DNA from: a virus
IMG/VR virus record: IMGVR_UViG_3300036770_004428
Coordinates: 1-64,000 of that record
Direction: 5' to 3' (one strand)
DNA: 64,000 nucleotides
This document shows positions 1-8,056 of the stretch, one piece after another. Every line of letters starts with the position of its first letter. Positions within the stretch are counted from its first letter, which is position 1. The position numbers were made by a program, and so were the translations under genes. The notes beneath the pieces are model-generated. The model was given only the letters and a program-made list of their open reading frames with translations. It was not told where the DNA came from and did not search any database.

Positions 1-1
1 T

Positions 2-163
2 ACCACATTTGTCATAAATTTTTTGTTGTATTCTTTTTCTATTCTCATTATTATAAGAGACTATTAAAGCCATTTTATCTGGATTGTTAGTTAAAAAATC
101 AATAACAGAATCAACAAGTCTTGTTGATTTACCCGTTTGTCTACCACTCACTTCAACGTACAT
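2..163 (-). CDS. P-loop NTPase, partial (runs off left edge; not in ORF track)
   Basis: Manual translation from ATG at 163: MYVEVSGRQTGKSTRLVDSVIDFL...; GRQTGKS is a Walker A motif; frame is open to the window edge. Confidence 0.65.
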   Translation of the reverse strand, partial: MYVEVSGRQTGKSTRLVDSVIDFLTNNPDKMALIVSYNNENRKRIQQKIYDKCG

Positions 164-509
164 TATTTTCGGGGTTTCTAATAGCTTTTATCCTCATCTT
201 AAAATCGGTATAGTCATTATACATACCACTGTGGTTAGAAAAATCAATAAAACCCTCATCTAATAAAATTTTTGCTAGTTTATTAGATAATAGTTGTTTA
301 ACATAATTGTGATATTCTTCACTATTATTTGATAATAAATTGTTTGATACTCTATCACTAACTATTACGTCTTCATAATTACGAAATGATTGTTCTATAA
401 TAAATTGCTGGTGGTTTTGTTCATGGACAAGCCTTAACCACTCATTTAAAAAATTTGTTGTAGAGACATCTTTTTCAACAAAACTATGTTTTAATTTATT
501 ACCTTCCAT
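153..509 (-). CDS. hypothetical protein
   Basis: 118-aa ORF; start overlaps the upstream stop (TAATG). Confidence 0.6.
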   Translation of the reverse strand: MEGNKLKHSFVEKDVSTTNFLNEWLRLVHEQNHQQFIIEQSFRNYEDVIVSDRVSNNLLSNNSEEYHNYVKQLLSNKLAKILLDEGFIDFSNHSGMYNDYTDFKMRIKAIRNPENNVR

Positions 510-1648
510 TATCTAACCATATCAACCTCATTATTCTCTATTCTTTCAAGAGTATAGATTTCTAATTCATGTCTTAATTTATTTTCCTCTACCAATTTTT
601 CCCATCTTTTTTGAGCCTTACCTTTCCACCATTCGATCATATAAGAAAGATTGTGTTTGTGGTAATTTTGACCCTCAATTAAAGGAACTTGGCCTTCAGA
701 ATTAATATGCTCAACTACATTGTCAAAACCAAAATTAGAATAATAATATCTTTTTTTGGTTTTAGCTTTCATATGAGATTTAGTAAAATTATGAAACTCA
801 TTGTAAGCTTCCATATCATAATGTCTAAGGTGATTTTTAAGAATAGAAATAGCTTTATTAAACTCTCTCATTTTTGGTCCAGAAGGACCTGGGTCAACAG
901 TATTTCCGTTCCATTCAGGTTTACCGTAAAGTTCTCTCATTTTACGTCTAATTGGGTCGTATACTTCTTCCGTTGGGAAGAGAAACAAATCTGACTCTGT
1001 CATGTCTTGGTATCTAATAAAAGGTTTTAAACCGTCATACTGACTCATACCTTTAATATCACCGTAAAGGGAGGTTGTTTCAAAAAAACATGTATCAATC
1101 TTATCACCATATTTATCTTTCAACATGTTTCTAATTTCATGTGAACAAGCTATTAATGCTAATAATTTACCACCTAAATAATTATAACCAAATGGTTGTA
1201 CTGGAACAATGATAGCACCATTAATCATGTGTTTATTTACCGCTGTTGCTCTAACTGTTTGACCAAAATGGTCGTTTCTAGGTTTAATTGATAGTACGGG
1301 TGAAGCCATACGAACAAAACCAATATATTTATTTGTATTTTTTTCTTTAACACCTAACATAATTTGTCTACCAATTTGTGATTCCAATGGTAGTGATGTA
1401 ATAATTTGTGTTGCTGGATTAAATAAATTACCTTCAATAACCTCCAATTCAAAATCCATATCTTTTGGTTGGATATTATAATCAGTGAACATATCTTTTG
1501 TGTATTTATCTTGGTCTATCCCAATAATCTTTTCTTTTTTTCTTTCTAAGAAATAGTCTTGGATTGACTCCAGGTCCTTGTAAAAATTTATAAACCTTTC
1601 TTTAATATTAAGAGTCTCTTCTTTTGTTAATTTAATTTCTTCAGCCAT
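509..1648 (-). CDS. DUF4338 (DruA-like) family protein
   Basis: Motifs VPVQPFGYNYLGGKLLALIACSHE and ETTSLYG..SQYDGLKP, recalled as typical of DUF4338-like proteins of large phages. Confidence 0.6.
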   Translation of the reverse strand: MAEEIKLTKEETLNIKERFINFYKDLESIQDYFLERKKEKIIGIDQDKYTKDMFTDYNIQPKDMDFELEVIEGNLFNPATQIITSLPLESQIGRQIMLGVKEKNTNKYIGFVRMASPVLSIKPRNDHFGQTVRATAVNKHMINGAIIVPVQPFGYNYLGGKLLALIACSHEIRNMLKDKYGDKIDTCFFETTSLYGDIKGMSQYDGLKPFIRYQDMTESDLFLFPTEEVYDPIRRKMRELYGKPEWNGNTVDPGPSGPKMREFNKAISILKNHLRHYDMEAYNEFHNFTKSHMKAKTKKRYYYSNFGFDNVVEHINSEGQVPLIEGQNYHKHNLSYMIEWWKGKAQKRWEKLVEENKLRHELEIYTLERIENNEVDMVR

Positions 1649-1678
1649 ATTTTAGTTTATTATATCCTAAATATTATA

Positions 1679-1686
1679 TATATTTG
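1679..1686 (+). promoter_or_regulatory. Bacteroidota-type -7 promoter element (TATATTTG)
   Basis: Matches TAnnTTTG about 43 nt upstream of the plus-strand ORF at 1730; -33 element is weak. Confidence 0.5.
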
Positions 1687-1729
1687 TATATCCAATAATA
1701 ATAAAAGTTAATCAAACAATAAACACTTT

Positions 1730-2272
1730 ATGAAGGCAAGAAGTGAAAAAGAATGGGAAAACAAATTCGAGTGTGTAAAAAGGCTTATGTCTGTTATGGA
1801 TTCCTTGGCTAACGATTTTGGACCAAATGCTGAAATTATTGAAACTTGTGCCACAATGTTAAGAAACCCAATTATTTTTGATAATAACTTAAACGAAGTA
1901 AAAACAAAATTACCTTACACTATAGAAGGGATGGCAAATGAAACTGAAGACCACCTAATTGGTATGAGTAATATAGTTCTCTTCATATATAAAAAAGGTA
2001 TTCATAAAAAATGGTCTAATGTTAATGATTTTAAAAGAACTTTAAAAGCTTTAAACGTGTTACTTCCTGTTGAAAAAAGTTTAAACGACTCTGGTACTTT
2101 TAAAAACGGTTGGATGTTTAGTTACGATAAAGTTGAGGACTGTATTAATTGGGATAAAAAACTAAACTCTGTTGGTATTACTTCTTTGGTTTGTAATAAA
2201 ACTGATGAGAAGATAGATGTTAAAGTAATTAGAGATTCTTGGTTTGAGGAATATAAAGACTTATTGATTTAA
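1730..2272 (+). CDS. hypothetical protein, possible HNH/beta-beta-alpha-Me nuclease-like
   Basis: 180-aa ORF filling the gap between minus-strand genes; TEDHLIG...LPVEKSLN resembles a DH...N nuclease signature. Confidence 0.45.
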   Translation: MKARSEKEWENKFECVKRLMSVMDSLANDFGPNAEIIETCATMLRNPIIFDNNLNEVKTKLPYTIEGMANETEDHLIGMSNIVLFIYKKGIHKKWSNVNDFKRTLKALNVLLPVEKSLNDSGTFKNGWMFSYDKVEDCINWDKKLNSVGITSLVCNKTDEKIDVKVIRDSWFEEYKDLLI

Positions 2273-3013
2273 TTATTTTTTATTAACTTCCACCCAATAA
2301 TCAAGCACCTTTTTTGCTTCTAAACCCATATAAGGAACATATATAACCTCAAACTTTTCTGTTTCAGGGTTTAAATAAAATAAATTCATTTTACCCACTT
2401 TTTTACGTGTCTCCATTTGGTACATGTAGGCATAGATTGACATCTGTAAACTATAAATACTGTATTGGCAATCAGTTAAATGTGCTACAGGTGGGTTTAA
2501 CCAATGACCATATTCCGATATATAATTAATTTTTTTATTTGTTTTAAAATCTCTTACATTAAAGTAGTCACCACAATCTTCAATTATATCGGCAGTACCA
2601 GCTAACTTATGCTTAGCAGAAAATAAAACTGTTTCAGGATATATTGTACCCCTCATATCATCTACCTCTTGAAAGAGAGTAATTATTTTTCTTTCGTATT
2701 CATTTTTGGGGATATATATTTTATTAGCCAAAAGGTACCTTTCAAGAATCTCATGAATTTCTGTACCATATTCATTGGCCTCTTTATTGATTCTAACCCA
2801 CTCATCTAAAATCTGTTGCTGGGTCATACCTTTATATTCAGGTTTTCTTACCTCGTCTGGTTGTAGTGATATTCTTAAGGCAACTTCTTCCGCAGGAAAA
2901 TGTGGTTCTAACATACCTAGAACTGTAGTAACCGATTTAAACTTTTCACCTGTTTTACGGTGTATATAAACGTGTTCTATCGGTTCAAGATAAACATCAC
3001 ATTCTCTTTTCAT
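2273..3013 (-). CDS. PD-(D/E)XK exonuclease (RecB-family, Cas4-like without Fe-S cysteines)
   Basis: SVTTVL, GTEIHEILE, AGTADII, RDFKT and YSLQMSIY motifs. Confidence 0.85.
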   Translation of the reverse strand: MKRECDVYLEPIEHVYIHRKTGEKFKSVTTVLGMLEPHFPAEEVALRISLQPDEVRKPEYKGMTQQQILDEWVRINKEANEYGTEIHEILERYLLANKIYIPKNEYERKIITLFQEVDDMRGTIYPETVLFSAKHKLAGTADIIEDCGDYFNVRDFKTNKKINYISEYGHWLNPPVAHLTDCQYSIYSLQMSIYAYMYQMETRKKVGKMNLFYLNPETEKFEVIYVPYMGLEAKKVLDYWVEVNKK

Positions 3014-3015
3014 TA

Positions 3016-3279
3016 TCAGCTGATTAATTGTCTAATTCTTGTTATATAATCACTAGTATTGTTACCATTAACATTATTATCTCCTTGGAATTTAAAGGAT
3101 ACGAAAGAATATTTTAGAATATTTTCTAATTTTTTATTTCTATTTTGTAAATCATCAACCTTCCTTTCTAGAGATTCAATTCTCCTTAGAAGTTCATCAT
3201 TTATTTTGATTGCTCTATACTCATCATTATCTCTTGGTTCCTCGTAATAAGGGAGAAATCCTCTACATATCGCTGCCAT
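3016..3279 (-). CDS. hypothetical coiled-coil protein
   Basis: 87-aa ORF in the operon with a heptad-like segment. Confidence 0.5.
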   Translation of the reverse strand: MAAICRGFLPYYEEPRDNDEYRAIKINDELLRRIESLERKVDDLQNRNKKLENILKYSFVSFKFQGDNNVNGNNTSDYITRIRQLIS

Positions 3280-3478
3280 ATATTATTTTATTTATTTCCA
3301 TATTTTTTTTAGTTGGGCACATATCACAATAAGCAAAATCTAAAATATTTTTTATTTCCTCATCTAACCCAAATAGAGTGTCTGAATTACCAATATAATT
3401 TATAACCCCTTGGTAACCTTCCAATCTAAATCTTCTTATTAATTCTTCTTTTTTAATAAATTTTTTATTAAACCCCAT
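3263..3478 (-). CDS. hypothetical protein
   Basis: 71 aa, coupled to the primase stop (TAATG). Confidence 0.55.
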   Translation of the reverse strand: MGFNKKFIKKEELIRRFRLEGYQGVINYIGNSDTLFGLDEEIKNILDFAYCDMCPTKKNMEINKIIYGSDM

Positions 3479-4443
3479 TATAGTTCACTTTCTTTTAATT
3501 TTATACCACTTTTCATAATTTCAACAACACCCTCTCTACCAAAGTCTTCATGTATTTTTGCAATATCATAACCTTCTTTTAGTTTTACTATCTTAACTCT
3601 ATTAAATAATTTCCCAACATTCAATTTAGCGTAGTGTTTTTTGGCATCATCCCATGCGTCAGAATCTAAAAGAATGATAACATCAGCTGAAGCTTTATGA
3701 AAGAGTGAATGCATTAATTTATCTGATATTTTTTTACCTAAAATAGGTATGGAGTTATGTACCACAATATGATCAAAAGGACCCTCTACCAAATAGATAT
3801 CCGAATCCCAATTTAAACAACACTCATTAAATATCATCTGTTCTTTATCTGAATCAGGGTTAAGGTATTTTGGTTTGGCATTAACATAAGTTCTAGTAAC
3901 CCAATAATTTAATTCATTGTTTATATCATAGGAGGGTATAACAATTCTAGAATCATACTTACCACCACTAACATAACCTATCTTAAATTTTTTGATTGTC
4001 TCTTCTGAAAGTTTTCTTTCTTTTGTTAGATAATTCCAAGCTTGTTTATATAATAACGATTTTGGGTTACCCTCTTCAAAACTTATATACCCTTTTGGTA
4101 ACTCTAAGTCTTCAATTACATTAACTTCTTTAACCTTAGCTTTAAAGTCATCTAAATTATAACCAATCATTTTTAATTTTCTGACTTGGCTTTTGTTCGC
4201 GAAATTTTTAAATAACTTTTTTAACCCACCTCTTGTTCCATGTGTTTCACCACAAGCCCAACAATGATAAACACCTTCAGCCAGATTTACCTCAAGGTTA
4301 CCTTTACCGTCACCATCATACTCACCTTTTTCAGAAGAACAAACAGGACAGTCAAAAGCATATTGTTGTTTGTGTTCATTTTTTTTTCTAGGTTTACCTA
4401 AAACATCTAACAATATACCGTATATTAACCTGTTTTCTGCCAT
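3478..4443 (-). CDS. DNA primase (Zn finger + TOPRIM)
   Basis: CPVC...CWAC zinc-binding domain; RIVIPSY, KYLNP, LVEGPFD and LLDSDA TOPRIM motifs. Confidence 0.9.
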   Translation of the reverse strand: MAENRLIYGILLDVLGKPRKKNEHKQQYAFDCPVCSSEKGEYDGDGKGNLEVNLAEGVYHCWACGETHGTRGGLKKLFKNFANKSQVRKLKMIGYNLDDFKAKVKEVNVIEDLELPKGYISFEEGNPKSLLYKQAWNYLTKERKLSEETIKKFKIGYVSGGKYDSRIVIPSYDINNELNYWVTRTYVNAKPKYLNPDSDKEQMIFNECCLNWDSDIYLVEGPFDHIVVHNSIPILGKKISDKLMHSLFHKASADVIILLDSDAWDDAKKHYAKLNVGKLFNRVKIVKLKEGYDIAKIHEDFGREGVVEIMKSGIKLKESEL

Positions 4444-4449
4444 ATTATA

Positions 4450-4478
4450 ATTATAATAATTTTAATCAATAAAGTCTA
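4450..4478 (-). promoter_or_regulatory. sigma70-like promoter TAGACT-N17-TATAAT upstream of primase
   Basis: -35 at 4473-4478, -10 at 4450-4455, exact 17-nt spacer. Confidence 0.55.
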
Positions 4479-4479
4479 T

Positions 4480-4510
4480 AAAAAAAAATATCGGTTAAAA
4501 AACCGATATT
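4480..4510 (-). terminator. intrinsic terminator after the RuvC-like gene
   Basis: AATATCGGTT-TTTT-AACCGATATT stem followed by a U-tract on the minus strand. Confidence 0.7.
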
Positions 4511-4542
4511 ATAAATTATCTGACAATAAACCGATATTTTAA

Positions 4543-5175
4543 TTAATTTTTAGTACAATCCCATTTACCTTCTTTACACATAATAGCTCTAGCACACGTA
4601 TAGGCATCAGTCATATCAAAATTTTCTTTCTTAAGAGTATTGTTTTTAGTGTACTCCCAAACAATCTGTGGTTCTAAATCTGCCACTTTTTCCCATATAA
4701 CAGTTTTCTTATCTACATCCCAAGAATAGTCACCAAATAAAACAGGTTTACTTTTTTCTATTTCTCTCTGACTATAAGGTTCACCTTTTTTATTAAGTTT
4801 TCTGATTTGCATTAATTCTGGGTAAGCATAAGCTCTAGCATCATAAGAAGAAATAAAATCAGGGATTACATTCAAAACTTCTGATACTACTTTTGATATC
4901 ATTCCGTTAAACTTTAGTAGGGTCCCTACCGTATAAACGTTATTACTATTTAATAGAGGTTCCTCTATTACCACCTTCTCAATATCTAACTCAATATAAC
5001 GAGTTATCAATCTTTCAAAAGCATCAACCTTTTTAAACAATTCTTCTAATTTTGTTTCGGGTAAAGGTTTGATTTTTGGTGTAATGTGTGTGAGTTCCAA
5101 TAATCTACCATCCTCTTCAAATAATGAAATGCCGATGGTCTTGGTTGAAACGTCCAATCCTAAGATTCTTGCCAT
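4543..5175 (-). CDS. RuvC-like Holliday junction resolvase
   Basis: ILGLDVSTKTIG, VVIEEP and FDMTDAY RNase H-fold catalytic motifs. Confidence 0.8.
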   Translation of the reverse strand: MARILGLDVSTKTIGISLFEEDGRLLELTHITPKIKPLPETKLEELFKKVDAFERLITRYIELDIEKVVIEEPLLNSNNVYTVGTLLKFNGMISKVVSEVLNVIPDFISSYDARAYAYPELMQIRKLNKKGEPYSQREIEKSKPVLFGDYSWDVDKKTVIWEKVADLEPQIVWEYTKNNTLKKENFDMTDAYTCARAIMCKEGKWDCTKN

Positions 5176-5199
5176 AAAATAAAACTATTTAATTAATTA

Positions 5200-6417
5200 T
5201 TAACAACTACCATATACACATCCACGGGTATCAGCTAAACTATCGGTTAAGTCACCATCAATAGGAATATCTATTGTTACTATTGAATAGTCACCTTCTA
5301 TTTTTACGATAGGTTGTGAACTTTTGGCCACAACTAAACATCTACCTTGTGAATCGTTAAGTGTTATTGTATTATACGCTACATTACAGTTTGATCCGTT
5401 TTGTAGTGAGTCTTCTATAAAAGATTGATTTAAACTAGTGTTAAAATCACTAGGTGTCATAATCAAATCTAATTGTAATTTTGTACTTGTATCAATATCA
5501 GATCCGTTAAAGTATGCTTCTGATGGAGCGAAAGTTACCATTGTTGTACCAGTACCACCAGTACCACCAGACCAATTAAAGTTGTTAACAAAGTCTTCTG
5601 CCCAAATAAAACCTAATCCTGAATTAACAAAAAATGCTCCAGCCGCAACATCTCTATTAGGCCCATTAGGTGTAATTAAAGGTGCTGATTCTTTTGTATA
5701 TTTGTTAACCACATTATAACCACTAGACCAAGTTTTAGCGGTAGATGAACCACTCCAAGGTTGCCAATCATTAGACATTAATAAAACCAAACCTGAATTA
5801 TATAAACTCATGTTAGATTTATTTCTATTAGATCTAATAAAGTTTCTATCCATTTTACTCGCCGGATTAGTTCCTGTTTGATATGCGTAACCTATGCCAT
5901 AATCATTAGTAAACATCTTATTAGGTTCAGCGTAAGCTAAATCTATTAAATAAGGGTCACAAGTACTTGATGTGGATTTAACTTTTAGGTTTTCTGTATC
6001 AATAAATGCTGAATAAAGTGAAGTTGCTGAAGTTGTACCAGTAAATGTACCACCAGATAAAGGAATCTTAACTTCAATATTTTGACCGTCAATGGATTTT
6101 CTCCAATTTTGGTCACTAAATTCAAACATAATCATCCCGTTAGTATCATAAGCATCTAGTATAGACTCCCATACAGTACCTATCATACCACCTTCAGAAT
6201 AATCTAGATTATATGAACCAAAGTTTTTTTGGCTATTTAAATTAAACATAGACCAAAGGCTATTGTATTTATTGTTGGTAAAAGCCGGGTCATTTACAGA
6301 ATTAAGATAAGTAAACTTAATTTCTGAACCAAAGGCCATAGTGAAAACGTTTGATATGTTTTCATCTTTTAAAATTCTTTTTTGGTCTTCCTGTATTTGT
6401 TTTAAGTAAGTAGCCAT
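5200..6417 (-). CDS. putative baseplate/fibre-collar structural protein
   Basis: C-terminus (FNTSLN..TITLNDSQGRCLVVAKSSQPIVK) resembles the C-terminus of ORF 8046-10079. Confidence 0.55.
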   Translation of the reverse strand: MATYLKQIQEDQKRILKDENISNVFTMAFGSEIKFTYLNSVNDPAFTNNKYNSLWSMFNLNSQKNFGSYNLDYSEGGMIGTVWESILDAYDTNGMIMFEFSDQNWRKSIDGQNIEVKIPLSGGTFTGTTSATSLYSAFIDTENLKVKSTSSTCDPYLIDLAYAEPNKMFTNDYGIGYAYQTGTNPASKMDRNFIRSNRNKSNMSLYNSGLVLLMSNDWQPWSGSSTAKTWSSGYNVVNKYTKESAPLITPNGPNRDVAAGAFFVNSGLGFIWAEDFVNNFNWSGGTGGTGTTMVTFAPSEAYFNGSDIDTSTKLQLDLIMTPSDFNTSLNQSFIEDSLQNGSNCNVAYNTITLNDSQGRCLVVAKSSQPIVKIEGDYSIVTIDIPIDGDLTDSLADTRGCVYGSC

Positions 6418-6662
6418 TATAAGTTGTTTTGTTTAATACTTTTTATTATTTCACCGTTTTGGAAATGCCAAAGGTTATCTAGGTTTATAAAATCTATTTT
6501 AACATTTGTATTAATTTCACTATTTTTAATAATAAAAGTTTTATCTTTAGGTGAAATAAAGTTATCTATATTAGATAAACCTGTGTTATCAATATTGTCC
6601 GCTATCCTATTAACAAATGTTAATTGACTGCCGTAATTTACATAATATCCTTTAGCTGCCAT
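6417..6662 (-). CDS. small hypothetical structural-module protein
   Basis: 81 aa, tightly coupled to its neighbours. Confidence 0.5.
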   Translation of the reverse strand: MAAKGYYVNYGSQLTFVNRIADNIDNTGLSNIDNFISPKDKTFIIKNSEINTNVKIDFINLDNLWHFQNGEIIKSIKQNNL

Positions 6663-6663
6663 T

Positions 6664-7815
6664 TTATTCTATTGTATATAAATCTGTACTAACAGTGTTT
6701 TCGTTATAATATAATTCATAAGTTAAACTACCACCCACTTTTTTGTTTTGGTAAGCTCTATTGAATTCTTTTCCTCCTTTAAGGTCAACCATTAAATTAA
6801 TAACCATTTTGTAAATTCCTGGTGACACTTCTTCACCGTTAGATTTCATAAATAATTTTAATTTATCAGTTAAACCATCAATAGCAGGATTTCCTTTGCT
6901 GTCTTTATAACCCCAAACCATATAACCAACACCGTCTTTAGTAGAATAATTTTTATCTTCTTTTAATTGGTAGATTGTGTTGTTTATTCTAACAGCTGGA
7001 TATATTTGTTTATAGGCTTCAGGAGTAGTTTTAATTCTATCTTCAACATCACCAGAATTTAAATAATTACCGTCAGCAACATATCCCCAACTATCGGGAT
7101 AAAGAGCTAATGTACTAGAAGTACCAAACACATCTATACCGTCTATTGATTTGCTATTAAAAGCCATTAACATATTAGATGGGAATCTTGTCTTAGTTTG
7201 TCCGTTAACAAATACTTTTTGTCCTGAAGAATTCACTTCCATGTATTTAGGGTTAACTAAACTATATGTCTTAATATCCTTATCTGATAAAAGTTTATAA
7301 GAAATATCGATATTAGATTGGTAAACTTCTTTTGTACTCCAAGTATTTGTACCTGAATTATAGTTTTCTAAATAACCTAGAATGTAGTCCCAAAGATTAA
7401 TTTTTAAACCAGAAGCCGTTTTTGTATATGTAGTTGACTTTAATGCCAATAAATTATCAATCCATTTATCAATATTAACCTTAACTGTTATATTATTTTT
7501 TTCAAAAGGAACTAAACAATCTTCACTAACAAAAGTTATTTTAACTCTACTATCTAAAGTTTTTATTTCCTCAGGGTTTGGTGGTGTTAATGGTATAGGT
7601 TTTCTTTGTGCAAAAGAACAAATAGGTATTAAAGTTGTACCTTCTCTGTTACCAGTTATAGTAAAATCATAAAACGCTGGTTTAATACCCCCATCTTCGA
7701 TACCATATACTATACTATCATCACCCGCTCTGAATGATGTTATTGAATTTAGAAGACCACTATTCAATAATGTCCTCCAACCTTGTTCTGTTATGTATGT
7801 CTTAAAATTAGCCAT
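6664..7815 (-). CDS. putative structural protein with tail-collar-like N-terminus
   Basis: ITEQGWRTLLNSGLLNSITSFRAGDDSIVY motif shared with ORFs 7808 and 8046. Confidence 0.55.
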   Translation of the reverse strand: MANFKTYITEQGWRTLLNSGLLNSITSFRAGDDSIVYGIEDGGIKPAFYDFTITGNREGTTLIPICSFAQRKPIPLTPPNPEEIKTLDSRVKITFVSEDCLVPFEKNNITVKVNIDKWIDNLLALKSTTYTKTASGLKINLWDYILGYLENYNSGTNTWSTKEVYQSNIDISYKLLSDKDIKTYSLVNPKYMEVNSSGQKVFVNGQTKTRFPSNMLMAFNSKSIDGIDVFGTSSTLALYPDSWGYVADGNYLNSGDVEDRIKTTPEAYKQIYPAVRINNTIYQLKEDKNYSTKDGVGYMVWGYKDSKGNPAIDGLTDKLKLFMKSNGEEVSPGIYKMVINLMVDLKGGKEFNRAYQNKKVGGSLTYELYYNENTVSTDLYTIE

Positions 7816-8056
7816 TTCTTAATGGGTTTCTTAAATCATTTTTTATTGTCGTATAATTATTTTTTTTACCTGTAACGTCTGGTACTGGTTGGTCTGCCTT
7901 ATTTAATGTATACATCACATTATCATCCCATAATGTGAAAGATTTTATACTAGAGAATAAACCATTACTCAACATAATATTTAAACCTTCCTCGGTAAAA
8001 ATAATCTCAAATTTATTTTTATCAATGTTAACAAAGCCCATTCCATTACAAATCAA
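7808..8056 (-). CDS. small protein consisting of the tail-collar-like N-terminal motif
   Basis: FTEEGLNIMLSNGLFSSIKSFTLWDDNVMY; true start is probably the second Met (MGFV). Confidence 0.55.
   Translation of the reverse strand: MICNGMGFVNIDKNKFEIIFTEEGLNIMLSNGLFSSIKSFTLWDDNVMYTLNKADQPVPDVTGKKNNYTTIKNDLRNPLRNG

Noticed and set aside
2273-3013. Possible Cas4 / CRISPR-Cas system
   Set aside because: Lacks the four Fe-S cysteines; no repeat-spacer array or other cas genes in the window
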